Shown here: piece by piece, positions 1-13,715 of the stretch | How positions within the stretch are numbered: position 1 is the stretch's first letter | Layout of the letters: each line of letters begins with the position of its first letter | Assembly: GCA_030697375.1 (NCBI GenBank) | Contig: JAUYQD010000071.1 | Span: forward strand, 27,088 to 91,087 | DNA length: 64,000 bases | Origin: Rhodoferax sp. | Lineage (GTDB): Bacteria; Pseudomonadota; Gammaproteobacteria; Burkholderiales; Burkholderiaceae_C | Direction of reading: 5' to 3' | The notes under the pieces: generated by a model | The model's input: only the letters and a program-made list of their open reading frames with translations | The model's database searches: none | Told to the model about the DNA's origin: nothing | Translations under genes and position numbers: made by a program

Positions 1-16
1 CAGCTGACGCATGGCC

Positions 17-493
17 TTAGACGTAGGAAACCGTCACAATTTCATAGGACTTGACGCCACCCGGCGCTTTCACCTCAACCGTGTCACCTTCTGACTTTCC
101 GATCAGGGCCCGGGCAATGGGGCTGCTGATATTGACTAGGCCGAGCTTGATGTCGGCTTCGTCTTCACCGACGATCTGGTAGGTCACCTGACCGCCAGAG
201 TCCTCGTCTTCGAGCTTGACAGTGGCACCAAACACCACCCGGCCTTCGGCATCGAGTTCCGCTGGATCAATGATTTGGCATGCGGACAGCTTGCTTTCTA
301 CTTCCTGGATGCGTCCTTCGATAAATCCCTGGCGATCTTTGGCGACCTCGTATTCGGCGTTTTCGCTCAGGTCGCCCTGTGCCCGCGCTTCCGCAATGGC
401 ATTGATGACCCAAGGACGGTCCACGGTCTTGAGTTTGTGCAACTCGGCTCTGAGCAATTCGGCGCCGCGCTTGGTAATTGGAATGGTAGCCAC
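17..493 (-). CDS. greA: Transcription elongation factor GreA
   Basis: 158 aa with GDLSENAEY motif and C-terminal SPIARALIGK; GTG start; lies downstream of carB. Confidence 0.96.
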   Translation of the reverse strand: MATIPITKRGAELLRAELHKLKTVDRPWVINAIAEARAQGDLSENAEYEVAKDRQGFIEGRIQEVESKLSACQIIDPAELDAEGRVVFGATVKLEDEDSGGQVTYQIVGEDEADIKLGLVNISSPIARALIGKSEGDTVEVKAPGGVKSYEIVTVSYV

Positions 494-532
494 GTACTGC
501 TCCGTTGAAGTAATAGATGTTTGGGGTTACAC

Positions 533-566
533 AAAAGGAAACCGCCGAGCGTTGCCGATCGGCGGT
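533..566 (-). terminator. Intrinsic-terminator-like hairpin in the greA leader
   Basis: ACCGCCGA/TCGGCGGT 8-bp stem (541-566) followed on the minus strand by TTCCTTTTGT, about 40 nt upstream of the greA start. Confidence 0.6.
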
Positions 567-660
567 ATTCAAAAGTACTGTGGGACAGACCGAAGCGGCA
601 AGACCGCACGCTCTGTCACCAACTGATTAAACGGATTATGCCGTGATTGTCAGCCGTGCA

Positions 661-3933
<3,273 letters not shown>

Positions 3934-3954
3934 GCTTAACTTCTCTACTCTTAA

Positions 3955-4611
3955 TCAATTCAGGCTGGCGGTGGCCAATTTGGCCCCGAACCACACAAAC
4001 AAGCCCCCAACTGCGCTGGACAGGCTGGCTGACACACGCTTGCGTCGGCTGAAGGCTTGCGCAAGGCGGGCTCCCGCAAAAATCAATGCGGACAAATACA
4101 GGGCGCTAAAGGCCATGACGATGGCACTCAAAATCAGAAATGGCACGGCGGGTGTTTCGTAGGTCGGATCGATGAACTGCACAAAGAACGACAGCAAAAA
4201 CAATATCGCCTTGGGGTTCAACAGGCTGATCACCAAGGCCCGCTTGAAGGGGTGCGCCAGATGGATGGGGAGCTCCTGCGCCACGGCAACCGAAGCCTCC
4301 GTCTTGCGCCATTTCTGGACAGCGGCCACTATCAGATTGACACCCATCCAGGCCAGATACGCTGCGCCGGAATACTTGACCACCATGAACAAGGCCGGAT
4401 TGCTGCGCAGCAATCCCGCCGCACCCAAAGCGGTCGCCATCAACAAAATGGTGTCCCCCACAAATACACCCACGGCCCCTTGGTACCCGGCTTTGATGCC
4501 GCGCGCGGTGGCCACCGACAGTACAAACAAGGAATTGGGTCCGGGCAACAAAATGATGCCCAAAGCGCCAAACACGTAAGTCCACAAGTCGGTCACACCG
4601 TAGAAGCTCAT
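3955..4611 (-). CDS. leuE: LysE/RhtB-family leucine efflux protein
   Basis: 218 aa hydrophobic protein with LPGPNSL and LLNPKAILF motifs; ATGA overlap with the carA stop. Confidence 0.88.
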   Translation of the reverse strand: MSFYGVTDLWTYVFGALGIILLPGPNSLFVLSVATARGIKAGYQGAVGVFVGDTILLMATALGAAGLLRSNPALFMVVKYSGAAYLAWMGVNLIVAAVQKWRKTEASVAVAQELPIHLAHPFKRALVISLLNPKAILFLLSFFVQFIDPTYETPAVPFLILSAIVMAFSALYLSALIFAGARLAQAFSRRKRVSASLSSAVGGLFVWFGAKLATASLN

Positions 4612-5786
4612 GCGCGCTTGTCCACTTGCGTTGCCATCTCCCGGATGAAACGGTCAAACAAATAGCCAATATCCGACGGACCCGGCGAAGCCTCAGGATG
4701 ACCCTGGAAGCAGAACGCGGGCTTGTCCGTGCGCTCCAACCCTTGCAGCGTGTTGTCAAACAGGCTGATGTGGGTGGGTCGCAGGTTCGCCGGCAAGGAC
4801 TTTTCGTCCACCGCAAACCCATGGTTCTGGCTGGTGATACTGACACGGCCACTGTCCAGGTCTTTGACCGGATGGTTGGCACCGTGGTGACCAAACTTCA
4901 TTTTGAATGTCTTGGCACCCGAGGCCAGCGCCATGATCTGGTGTCCCAGGCAAATACCAAAGGTGGGAATGCCCGTTTCAATCAACTCCGCCACCGCCGC
5001 AATGGCGTAGTCACAGGGCTCCGGATCACCGGGGCCGTTGGACAGGAAAACGCCGTCGGGTTGGTATTTCAGCACCTCGGCGGCAGACGTTTGTGCAGGC
5101 ACCACCGTGACTTTACAACCGCGCTCGGCCAACATCCGCAAGATGTTCTTTTTGACACCAAAGTCGTAAGCGACCACATGGAACGTGGGCGCCGTTTGCT
5201 GGCCGTATCCGGCGCCCAAAGTCCACTCGGACTCGGTCCAGTCGTAGCTGCTGGCGCTGGATACCACTTTGGCCAGGTCCAAACCTGCCATATTGGGTGC
5301 GGCCTTGGCCGCCGCCACGGCTTTTTCGACCACGGCGCTGGTGACCGATTCGCCAGGGGCCAGGGCCAAGATGCAGCCATTTTGTGCCCCCTGGGTGCGC
5401 AACTTGCGCGTCAACTGGCGGGTATCGATATTGGCAATCGCCACAGTCCCCTCCGCCACCAGGTATTCACTTAAGCCCTGGTTTTTGCGGAAGTTGGAGG
5501 CAATGAGCGGCAGATCCTTGATGATCAAACCTGCGGCATGCACTTTGTGGGACTCGACGTCTTCGGGATTAACCCCGTAGTTGCCGATGTGGGGATAGGT
5601 GAGCGTGACAATCTGCTGGCAGTAGCTCGGGTCTGTAAGGATTTCCTGGTAGCCGGTCATGGACGTGTTGAACACGACCTCTCCGACGGTAGAGCCAGCG
5701 GCTCCAATGGAATTTCCAATATAGACCGTGCCGTCTGCAAGCGCCAAAATGGCGGGGGGGATGGTTCCCTTTAAAGACAAAAGCAC
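4608..5786 (-). CDS. carA: Carbamoyl-phosphate synthase small subunit
   Basis: [29 protein letters not shown] (catalytic Cys) and [11 protein letters not shown]; GTG start at 5786 chosen over the longer ORF. Confidence 0.97.
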   Translation of the reverse strand: MLLSLKGTIPPAILALADGTVYIGNSIGAAGSTVGEVVFNTSMTGYQEILTDPSYCQQIVTLTYPHIGNYGVNPEDVESHKVHAAGLIIKDLPLIASNFRKNQGLSEYLVAEGTVAIANIDTRQLTRKLRTQGAQNGCILALAPGESVTSAVVEKAVAAAKAAPNMAGLDLAKVVSSASSYDWTESEWTLGAGYGQQTAPTFHVVAYDFGVKKNILRMLAERGCKVTVVPAQTSAAEVLKYQPDGVFLSNGPGDPEPCDYAIAAVAELIETGIPTFGICLGHQIMALASGAKTFKMKFGHHGANHPVKDLDSGRVSITSQNHGFAVDEKSLPANLRPTHISLFDNTLQGLERTDKPAFCFQGHPEASPGPSDIGYLFDRFIREMATQVDKRA

Positions 5787-5909
5787 TGGATTCTCCGGAT
5801 GGGGTTTTCGGGTACGCCCAAACGCGCTCAAGAGACAACTCTCGGCTTGCTGCTTAAAGGGGATTGGCTTGAGGGGGCTCTGGACGTACAGGATGCGGTG
5901 AAGCCTCCC

Positions 5910-5915
5910 ATTATA
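5910..5915 (-). promoter_or_regulatory. Candidate sigma70 -10 hexamer for the carA operon
   Basis: Perfect TATAAT on the minus strand about 125 nt upstream of carA; no clear -35. Confidence 0.4.
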
Positions 5916-5975
5916 GCCGAGGGGGGGCGTGTTATCCCTGAAAAGACTTGCTACCTTGGGGCAAGTCAGCCCAGC

Positions 5976-6788
5976 TTACCTCTGGAGCTGCGCTGTAGCA
6001 CTGGCGTGCAGGCAAATCGCGGCGGCGGCGGCCACGTTGAGCGACTCCTCTCCGCCGGGCTGCGCAATGCGCACATGCAGCTGGGCCATCGCCTCCAACT
6101 CGGAACAAACACCCTGCCCTTCGTGCCCCAGCGCCCATGCGCACAGCGTAGGCAGCTCCTTAGTTTGCAGCGCCTGGTGCAAAAATGAGCCCCGATGCGA
6201 GCTGGTTACAAGAATCGGCAACGCCAGTGCTGCCAAATCCGGCAGCTCCACACCTTCGGTGAGCTGCAAGCCCCAATGGGCCCCCATGCCGGCGCGCAGC
6301 ACCTTGGGGCTCCACAGGGCGGCCGTTCCCTTGAGGGCGATGATCTGCTTAAAACCAAAGGCCGAGGCACTGCGCAAAATGGAGCCGACATTGCCCGCAT
6401 CCTGCACGCGGTCCAAAATGACGGAGGCCATGGCAGGCTGTAGCGCGGCTGCATTGGGCAAATTCACCACAAAACCCATGCTGGCGGGTGACTCCAGACC
6501 ACTGATATCACGGAACAGTGCGTCCGGAATCACTATGTTTTTAATAGCTGCTTGCGCCCAATCTACGGGGGCTAAAGGCCTGGACTTGGGGTTTTGCCAA
6601 AATGACTCGGAAAAAACGCCGACTTCGGGCTGCACACCCCGCACCATCGCCGCACGGCACAGGTGGTCACCCTCGGCCCAAAAACGGCCCTGCTTGCGGT
6701 ATGCGGTGTTGTCCTGTGCCAGCCGGCGCAGGTCCTTCAAAAAGGCATTGTCCCGCGAGGTGATGTGCTGGGCTGGAGCGGCACTCAT
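5976..6788 (-). CDS. TrmH/SpoU-family RNA methyltransferase
   Basis: [18 protein letters not shown] and [18 protein letters not shown] motifs. Confidence 0.92.
   Translation of the reverse strand: MSAAPAQHITSRDNAFLKDLRRLAQDNTAYRKQGRFWAEGDHLCRAAMVRGVQPEVGVFSESFWQNPKSRPLAPVDWAQAAIKNIVIPDALFRDISGLESPASMGFVVNLPNAAALQPAMASVILDRVQDAGNVGSILRSASAFGFKQIIALKGTAALWSPKVLRAGMGAHWGLQLTEGVELPDLAALALPILVTSSHRGSFLHQALQTKELPTLCAWALGHEGQGVCSELEAMAQLHVRIAQPGGEESLNVAAAAAICLHASATAQLQR
6130..6171 (-). repeat. Dispersed 42-bp spaced motif, copy inside the TrmH-family CDS
   Basis: GCTGC AAACTAA GGAGC TGCCTACGCT GTGCGCATGG GCGCT; exact spacing, but the most divergent copy. Confidence 0.55.
6532..6573 (+). repeat. 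Dispersed 42-bp spaced motif, copy inside the TrmH-family CDS (antisense)
   Basis: ACTAT GTTTTTA ATAGC TGCTTGCGCC CAATCTACGG GGGCT. Confidence 0.85.
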
Positions 6789-7420
6789 CGCAAGACCTCC
6801 GCCACGGGGCGAAAAGTTTTTCGATGCTGGGGGCAGGCGCCGTGCAACTGCAGCGCCGCCAGGTGTTCGGCCGTCCCATAACCCTTGTGTTTGGCAAAAC
6901 CATATTGGGGAAATTGCAGGTCGTACTCAGCGCACCAGCGGTCGCGGGTGACCTTGGCCAGAATAGACGCGGCGGAAATGGCAGGCACCAGCGCATCGCC
7001 TTGGACAATGGCCTCGGCCCGCACGTCCAGCACCGGCAGGCGGTTGCCATCAACCTGCACCAGTTTGGGTTTGAGTCGCAGCCCTTCCACCGCCCGGCGC
7101 ATGGCCAACAGAGTGGCTTGCAAAATATTCAGCTGTTCAATTTCTTCAACACTGGCCTGTGCAATGGAGCAGCACAGCGCCTTGGCGCAGATTTCGTCAA
7201 ACAACTTTTCGCGCCGCAAGGCGGTGAGTTTCTTGGAGTCTGCCAATCCTTTGATGGGCTGGAGATCGTCCAGAATCACGGCAGCGGCTACCACAGGCCC
7301 AGCCAGCGGACCGCGCCCGGCCTCGTCGACACCCGCGACGAGAAGACCGGGGATGTCCCACATCAGTGCGGCTTGTTGCGTGGTGGCTGGGTCAGCCTTG
7401 GAGTACTTGCTGGATCGCAT
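6785..7420 (-). CDS. rnhB: Ribonuclease HII
   Basis: [20 protein letters not shown] and [11 protein letters not shown]; start overlaps the lpxB end. Confidence 0.96.
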   Translation of the reverse strand: MRSSKYSKADPATTQQAALMWDIPGLLVAGVDEAGRGPLAGPVVAAAVILDDLQPIKGLADSKKLTALRREKLFDEICAKALCCSIAQASVEEIEQLNILQATLLAMRRAVEGLRLKPKLVQVDGNRLPVLDVRAEAIVQGDALVPAISAASILAKVTRDRWCAEYDLQFPQYGFAKHKGYGTAEHLAALQLHGACPQHRKTFRPVAEVLR

Positions 7421-8552
7421 GGGCGGCTAATTGGGGGGTATCGCGTTGAAGTTGCACATGCAACTCCGCAAACTTGTTTTGCACAAGGGTAATTTTTTCG
7501 GGATTGGACGCCTGCGCATCCAGCCATTCCAGCACCGCTGCGGCGAGTGCCTTCGGTGTGGCGGCGTCTTGCAGCAGTTCCGGCACGACAAAGTCCTGGC
7601 ATAGGATATTGGGCAATCCCACCCAGGGCTGCAATTTTTTGCGCCGCATGATCTGCCACGACAGCCAGCCCATGTGGTAGGCAATCACCATGGGCCGCTT
7701 GAACAGCGCCGCCTCCAGCGTCGCCGTTCCGCTGGCAATCAGCGTGACATCGCAAGCCGCCAGAACGGTGTGCGACTGTCCCCGAACGATCTGCACATGC
7801 TCCCACATGCCGCTGGCATGGGCGGCCATCTCAATCTGCGCGTACAGGGACGGCACCGCAGGCACTATGAATTTGATAGCTGCTTGCGCCCGTTTTATAA
7901 GGGCTGCAACCTGAAAGAACCGAAAAGCAAGGTGCTGGATCTCGGACTTCCGGCTGCCAGGCAGTATCGCGACCACGCGGTCCTCGTCGGCAAGCCCCAG
8001 CTGGGCCCGGGCTGCGGACCGGTCAGGCACCATGGGAATGACCTGGGCCAGCGGATGGCCAACGTAGGTGGACGCAATGCCGTGCTGCGCCAGCAAGGCC
8101 GGCTCAAACGGAAAGATGCACAGCACATGGTCCACACTGCGGCGGATTTTTTCGACGCGCTCAGGGCGCCAGGCCCAGACCGAGGGCGAGACAAAATGGA
8201 CAGTCTTGATGCCCTGCATCTTCAGTGCGGCCTCCAGATCCAGATTGAAATCCGGGGCGTCGACCCCGATAAACACATCAGGACGTTGCAGCAACAGCCG
8301 GGCCTTGAGTTGCTCGCGTATGCCTACGATTTCACGGTAACGGCGCAACACCTCCCAGCCATAACCGTGCACAGACAAAGTGTCATGCGGCCACCAGGAT
8401 GCAAAGCCGCGCCGATTCATCTGCGGGCCACCGATTCCCACGGCTGTCGCAGACGGCCAGCGTGCACGCAAGCCGTCCAGCAGCAGTCCGGCCAGCAAGT
8501 CGCCCGACGCTTCACCTGCCACCATCGCCAGTTTGACTACGTCGTTCGACAC
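7392..8552 (-). CDS. lpxB: Lipid-A-disaccharide synthase
   Basis: [24 protein letters not shown] and SGTATLE motifs. Confidence 0.97.
   Translation of the reverse strand: MSNDVVKLAMVAGEASGDLLAGLLLDGLRARWPSATAVGIGGPQMNRRGFASWWPHDTLSVHGYGWEVLRRYREIVGIREQLKARLLLQRPDVFIGVDAPDFNLDLEAALKMQGIKTVHFVSPSVWAWRPERVEKIRRSVDHVLCIFPFEPALLAQHGIASTYVGHPLAQVIPMVPDRSAARAQLGLADEDRVVAILPGSRKSEIQHLAFRFFQVAALIKRAQAAIKFIVPAVPSLYAQIEMAAHASGMWEHVQIVRGQSHTVLAACDVTLIASGTATLEAALFKRPMVIAYHMGWLSWQIMRRKKLQPWVGLPNILCQDFVVPELLQDAATPKALAAAVLEWLDAQASNPEKITLVQNKFAELHVQLQRDTPQLAAHAIQQVLQG
7864..7905 (+). repeat. Dispersed 42-bp spaced motif, copy inside lpxB (antisense)
   Basis: ACTAT GAATTTG ATAGC TGCTTGCGCC CGTTTTATAA GGGCT. 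Confidence 0.85.
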
Positions 8553-8558
8553 GTCAAA

Positions 8559-9353
8559 TCAACGCACGATGCCACGCTGGGGCGAAACTTGGGATAAAAA
8601 CGACTGCATCATCTCCACATCGGGCGCGGCCTCAGGAATACTGAGCGTCAACTCTGCGATACGCACGCGTGCAGCTTCCAGTGTCAGGTCGTCGCGGTAC
8701 AGTGCCTTGTGCATGGCTTTGACGGCAGCAATGCGTTCCGGCGAAAAGCCACGGCGACGCAAGCCTTCAAAGTTCATGGAACGTGCTTGCGCGGGCTGGC
8801 CCTGGCACATCACGAAGGGAGGAAGATCGGCAAACAGCAAAGTGCACATGGCCGTCATGCTGTGGGCACCGATTTTCACAAACTGGTGCACCACGGTGAA
8901 GCCCCCCAAAATCGCCCAATCCCCCACATGCACATGGCCTGCCAGCTGGGAGTTATTGGCAAAAATAGTGTTGTTGCCCACCACACAGTCGTGGGCCAGA
9001 TGTACATAGGCCATCAGCCAATTGTCGTTCCCCACGCGTGTAATACCTGTGTCACCGGGAGAACCGATGTTGAAGGTGCAAAACTCGCGGACCGTATTGC
9101 GGTCTCCAATGATCAGCTCGCAGGGTTCACCCGCGTATTTTTTGTCTTGCGGAATTGCCCCCAACGAACTGAATTGGAAAATCCGGTTGTCTGCACCAAT
9201 GGTGGTGTGGCCTTCAATCACGCAGTGCGGACCAATGGTGGTGCCGGGGCCCACCTTGACGTGCGGCCCAATCAGCGTATAGGGCCCTACCGTCACCGAG
9301 CTGTCCAACTCGGCTCCAGCGTCCACAATCGCGGTGGAGTGAATCGTGGTCAC
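8559..9353 (-). CDS. lpxA: UDP-N-acetylglucosamine acyltransferase
   Basis: Hexapeptide repeats, PQDKKY and HLAHDC; GTG start. Confidence 0.97.
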   Translation of the reverse strand: MTTIHSTAIVDAGAELDSSVTVGPYTLIGPHVKVGPGTTIGPHCVIEGHTTIGADNRIFQFSSLGAIPQDKKYAGEPCELIIGDRNTVREFCTFNIGSPGDTGITRVGNDNWLMAYVHLAHDCVVGNNTIFANNSQLAGHVHVGDWAILGGFTVVHQFVKIGAHSMTAMCTLLFADLPPFVMCQGQPAQARSMNFEGLRRRGFSPERIAAVKAMHKALYRDDLTLEAARVRIAELTLSIPEAAPDVEMMQSFLSQVSPQRGIVR

Positions 9354-9363
9354 GATTCGGGTC

Positions 9364-9804
9364 CTACTTAATGGCGCGCATGGCGCAGGTCAACTCTGCT
9401 TCCACCGCCAGTTCGCCAGCCACGGAAGCGCGGCCTTTGAACTTGAAGATGCCGGCTTTCATGCGCAGCAACTCGACTTCCAAAATCAACTGATCACCAG
9501 GCTCTACCGGACGTTTGAAGCGCGCGCCATCAATGCCGGCAAAATAGTAGACCATCTGGTCATTGGGAGAGGTGTCCAGTGCGTCAAAGGCCAGCAGAGC
9601 GGCGGCTTGTGCCAGGGCTTCCAGCATCAACACGCCCGGCATCACCGGGCGGTGTGGAAAATGCCCTTCGAAAAATGGCTCGTTGATGGTGACGTTCTTC
9701 AGCGCCTTGATGGTCTTGCTCTTGTCCAACTCCAACACCCGGTCCACCAGCAAAAACGGGTAACGGTGGGGAAGCTGTTTGAGAATTGCGTGAATATCCA
9801 TCAT
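9364..9804 (-). CDS. fabZ: 3-hydroxyacyl-ACP dehydratase
   Basis: [13 protein letters not shown] and [20 protein letters not shown]; start at MMDIH. Confidence 0.97.
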   Translation of the reverse strand: MMDIHAILKQLPHRYPFLLVDRVLELDKSKTIKALKNVTINEPFFEGHFPHRPVMPGVLMLEALAQAAALLAFDALDTSPNDQMVYYFAGIDGARFKRPVEPGDQLILEVELLRMKAGIFKFKGRASVAGELAVEAELTCAMRAIK

Positions 9805-9829
9805 AGTTTTAGTTATCCTTATGGGTTGG

Positions 9830-9860
9830 GGACAGCGCGCCGCGATGCGCCGAACTGTCC
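9830..9860. other. Intergenic stem-loop between lpxD and fabZ
   Basis: GGACAG/CTGTCC outer stem with an inner GCGC/GCGC stem; no U-tract. Confidence 0.35.
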
Positions 9861-9868
9861 AGCAGGTT

Positions 9869-10855
9869 TTATGTCTTGAGCTTGTCTTCCAGCACACGAA
9901 TGCGTTCGCGCAGGCTGTGCAATTGCTTCAACGAAGCAGCATTTTTTTCCCAATTGGCATTTTCGTCCAATGGAAACATGCCGGTGTAATGTCCTGGCTT
10001 GCGAATGGAGCGTGTCACCACAGTGGCAGCTGAAATATTGACGCCATCCGCCAAGGCAAGGTGGCCCAACACGATGGCACCGCCGCCGATGGTGCATTGG
10101 GATCCAATGGTGGCGCTACCAGCCACCCCGACGCAACCCGCCAAGGCCGAGTGCTTGCCAATGTGAACGTTGTGGCCAATCTGCACCAGATTGTCCAGCT
10201 TCACCCCATCTTCGATCACCGTGTCTTGCAAGGCACCGCGGTCAATGCAGGTGTTGGCCCCAATCTCCACATCGTTCCCAATGCGCACGGCGCCCAGTTG
10301 TTCAATTTTTTCCCAAGCCCCGTCGTTGGGCGCAAACCCAAAACCGTCGGCGCCAATGACCACACCGGGATGCAGCAAACACCGCTCGCCCACCACACAG
10401 TCTTCACCTACAGTCACCCGGGATTTCAGCACCGTCCCCGCGCCTATGCGCGCACCGCGCTCCACCACGCACAGCGGCCCGACGGATGCCGTTGGATGAA
10501 CCACAGCGGTTTCGTCTATCACCGCGCTGGGATGGAGCGCCGGACCCACTTGTATGGTGCGCCTGCGCTTCCACAGTTGTGTGAGTTTGGCGAAATACAA
10601 ATAAGGCTGGTCCGTCACGATACAGGCGCCTCGCGCAATCGCTGCCTCCCGCATCTGAGGTCCAACAATGACACACCCCGCTTGCGAGGCTTGCAGCTGT
10701 TGCTGGTATTTGGGGTTACTCAGGAAACTCAACTGGCGCGAATTTGCCGTTTCCAAAGGAGCCAAACCGGACACCCGGAGTGCCTCATCTCCATGCAACT
10801 CACCGCCCAGGGCAGCCACCACCGCGGCCAAATCCAACTCCACCTTGGGGTCCAA
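9869..10855 (-). CDS. lpxD: UDP-3-O-acylglucosamine N-acyltransferase
   Basis: Hexapeptide repeats, GADGFG and [10 protein letters not shown]; start is TTG 10855 or GTG 10843. Confidence 0.96.
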   Translation of the reverse strand: MDPKVELDLAAVVAALGGELHGDEALRVSGLAPLETANSRQLSFLSNPKYQQQLQASQAGCVIVGPQMREAAIARGACIVTDQPYLYFAKLTQLWKRRRTIQVGPALHPSAVIDETAVVHPTASVGPLCVVERGARIGAGTVLKSRVTVGEDCVVGERCLLHPGVVIGADGFGFAPNDGAWEKIEQLGAVRIGNDVEIGANTCIDRGALQDTVIEDGVKLDNLVQIGHNVHIGKHSALAGCVGVAGSATIGSQCTIGGGAIVLGHLALADGVNISAATVVTRSIRKPGHYTGMFPLDENANWEKNAASLKQLHSLRERIRVLEDKLKT

Positions 10856-10858
10856 GCT

Positions 10859-11368
10859 TTACTTGGAACCTGTGTTCAGGATCTTGAGTACCTTGTCGGT
10901 GATGTCATGCTTAGCGTTGCTGTACACCACTTCCTGAATCACCAGATCGTATTTCTCGGCCTCAGCCACCTGTTTTACAGCTTTATTGGCCTTCTCCAGA
11001 ACCTGTTGCAACTCTTCGTTCCTGCGTCCGTTCAGGTCCTCCTGGAACTCACGTTGCTTGCGCTGCAGATCCCGATTGAGCTCTGCAAACTCTTTCTGAC
11101 GGTTCACCCTTTGCGTTTCTGTCAGCGTAGGCGCATCCCGTTCAAATTTCTCGCTGAACGATTTCAAGGAACCTTGCAGATCTGCCAGGTCCTTTTGTCG
11201 TTTGGAAAACTCTTGCTCCAATTTGGCCTGGGCGGCCTTGGCCGGTCCGGATTCGGTGGTGATACGTTGGGTATTGATGTAACCCGTTTTGGAGTCCTGC
11301 GCCATGGCACCAACCGCAGCAACGGCAAGAACAAGACCAAGCCACAAGTTCGACTTAAATGTTTTCAT
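10859..11368 (-). CDS. skp: Skp/OmpH periplasmic chaperone
   Basis: Signal peptide, coiled-coil body, DITDKVL end; sits between bamA and lpxD. Confidence 0.93.
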   Translation of the reverse strand: MKTFKSNLWLGLVLAVAAVGAMAQDSKTGYINTQRITTESGPAKAAQAKLEQEFSKRQKDLADLQGSLKSFSEKFERDAPTLTETQRVNRQKEFAELNRDLQRKQREFQEDLNGRRNEELQQVLEKANKAVKQVAEAEKYDLVIQEVVYSNAKHDITDKVLKILNTGSK

Positions 11369-13668
11369 TAGAAAGTTGTCCCAATTTGAAATTGCATGCT
11401 CTGAATTTTATCGCTATCGAACTGTTTGATGGGTCTGGCAAAGGCCAATCGCAAAGGGCCCACTGGTGAAATCCAGCTGATCCCCACGCCGAACGAACTG
11501 CGCATATCCCCCAATTGAATGGCTTCGTCGGCACCATAAATACCGCCAGCATCCACAAAGCCATACATGCGTAGGGTTCGGTCATTGCCACCACCCGGCA
11601 GGGGGGAAAGCAACTCTGCATTGAAGTTTATTTTTCTCGACCCACCGGTTGCCGTAGGAACGGCCTGAAGCCGCTGCGCACCGGTGGTCAAACTCCCCTG
11701 TTCAAACCCGCGAACCGAACCCAATCCACCGGAGTAGAAATTCTTGAACACCGGGTAAGAGGTGCTGGCGGTACTCGCCCCCAAAGACAACTCTGCGTTG
11801 AACGCAGCAGTCACCTTTTTCGAAATGGGGAAAAATTGCTGGTACTGTGCAGTGCCACGCGCGTAGCGCAATTCACCGCCCACACTCCACTCACCCGAGG
11901 TGCGCATCACCTTGCCCACGCTGGGAACCAAGGCGCTGTCCCGTGTGTCACGCGCCCAGCCAATGGTTAATGGAACCGCATTGGTGGTGAAACCAAACTC
12001 ATTGGTGAAATCCTGGTACACCGTCGGCAACAATGTGCCGGGCACCACAGTCGTGCGGTCTACACCGCCCCCCACATACACCGTGTCGGTATCGGTGAAG
12101 GGAATGCCAAAACGCATACTCGCGCCGGTGGTCTCGATGGAATAGCTGTCCAGGTCTACATAGGGTTTGGAATTTCTTTGGTAGAGGTCAATCGTTCGGG
12201 AAACACCATCATCGGTAAAGTAAGGATTGGTGGTATTGAAAACGATGGTTCTATTGACCTTGCTCGTATTCACTTCCATACCCAACGAATTGCCTGAGCC
12301 AAACGCATTGTCTTGCTTGAATCCAAACGTAAAGCCCAATCCTTCGCCACTGGAAAGACCAGCGCCCAAGCTCAAGCTTCCCGTGGGCTTTTCCGCGACA
12401 GTAACTGTCAAGTCCACCTGATCGGGTGATCCTGCGACCTCGTGCGTTTCCAAAGATACTTCTTTGAAATAACCCAGGCGATCGACCCGATTGCGGGATT
12501 GGCGAATTTTTTCGCCGTCATACCAGGCTGCTTCCAATTGGCGGAACTCACGGCGAATCACTTCGTCACGGGTACGGTCGTTTCCTGCCACATTGATTCG
12601 GCGAACATACACACGGCGCGAGGGGTCTGCGCGTAAAGTGATTTCCACACGGTTGCTCGTCCGATCCATTTGAGGAACCGCCTCCACCCGTGCAAATGCA
12701 AAACCAAAGTTGCCAAAGTAGTCGGTAAACGCCTTGGTAGTTTGGGCCACCTGGTCTGCGTTGTAGGCTTCACCGGCCTGAATGGAGATCAATGACTGGA
12801 ACTCTTCGTCCTTGCCAAGGTAATTGCCCGCAAGCTTGATCTTTGAAACTACAAACCGCTCCCCCTCAGTCACATTGATGGTGATGCTGATGTCTTGCTT
12901 ATTCGGGGAAATAGCGACTTGTGAGGAATCCACCTTGAACTCCAAATAACCTCTGGCCAAGTAGTAAGAGCGCAAGGTCTCAATATCCGCATTCATTTTG
13001 GTGCGGGAATACCGGTTGGATTTGGTGTACCAGGTGAGCCAACCGCCCGTGTCCTGGTCAAAAAGACCACGCAATGTGGACTCTGAAAAAGCCTTGTTTC
13101 CCACGATGCGGATGTCGCTGATTTTTGCAGTATCGCCCTCCACCACCGCAAAACTCAAATTCACCCGGTTGCGATCGATAGGGGTCACCGTGGTGATGAC
13201 CTCAGCAGCGTACATGCTGCGATTGATGTACTGGCGCTTGAGCTCTTGCTCAGCCCGGTCCACCAGCGCTTTGTCAAACGGCCGACCATCTGCCAATCCA
13301 ATATCCCGCAAGGCCTTTTTCAACACCTCTTTGTCAAACTCTTTCGTGCCCGAAAAATCCACATCGGCAATGGTGGGGCGCTCTTCTACGATCACCACCA
13401 ACACGCCGGAATTCGCCTCAATACGAACGTCCTTGAACAAACCCAGGCCAAACAGTGCCCTGATGGAGGCTGCAGCTTTTTCATCGCTGTATGTGTCGCC
13501 CACCTTGACGGGCATGGAGGCAAAAATCGTTCCCGCCTCAACCCGCTGCAGCCCTTCCACACGGATATCGCGCACCGCAAAGGGCTCCAATGCCCACGCA
13601 GAATGCACCGCCAAAACAACCGCAGAAGCACAAAAAGTTCTGTGCAGAAAAGTACGACTAAATTGCAT
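11368..13668 (-). CDS. bamA: Outer membrane protein assembly factor BamA
   Basis: POTRA repeats (DIRVEGLQRVE), VRGFEQG loop and terminal FQIGTTF. Confidence 0.97.
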   Translation of the reverse strand: MQFSRTFLHRTFCASAVVLAVHSAWALEPFAVRDIRVEGLQRVEAGTIFASMPVKVGDTYSDEKAAASIRALFGLGLFKDVRIEANSGVLVVIVEERPTIADVDFSGTKEFDKEVLKKALRDIGLADGRPFDKALVDRAEQELKRQYINRSMYAAEVITTVTPIDRNRVNLSFAVVEGDTAKISDIRIVGNKAFSESTLRGLFDQDTGGWLTWYTKSNRYSRTKMNADIETLRSYYLARGYLEFKVDSSQVAISPNKQDISITINVTEGERFVVSKIKLAGNYLGKDEEFQSLISIQAGEAYNADQVAQTTKAFTDYFGNFGFAFARVEAVPQMDRTSNRVEITLRADPSRRVYVRRINVAGNDRTRDEVIRREFRQLEAAWYDGEKIRQSRNRVDRLGYFKEVSLETHEVAGSPDQVDLTVTVAEKPTGSLSLGAGLSSGEGLGFTFGFKQDNAFGSGNSLGMEVNTSKVNRTIVFNTTNPYFTDDGVSRTIDLYQRNSKPYVDLDSYSIETTGASMRFGIPFTDTDTVYVGGGVDRTTVVPGTLLPTVYQDFTNEFGFTTNAVPLTIGWARDTRDSALVPSVGKVMRTSGEWSVGGELRYARGTAQYQQFFPISKKVTAAFNAELSLGASTASTSYPVFKNFYSGGLGSVRGFEQGSLTTGAQRLQAVPTATGGSRKINFNAELLSPLPGGGNDRTLRMYGFVDAGGIYGADEAIQLGDMRSSFGVGISWISPVGPLRLAFARPIKQFDSDKIQSMQFQIGTTF

Positions 13669-13715
13669 GTTTACCGATCTAAGTACTCGGGGAAATCCGG
13701 CATGACTGCGGACCA

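Noticed and set aside
9828-9839. 12-mer GGGGACAGCGCG shared with 57033-57044 (minus strand)
   Set aside because: One shared 12-mer is expected by chance in 64 kb, and the flanks do not align.
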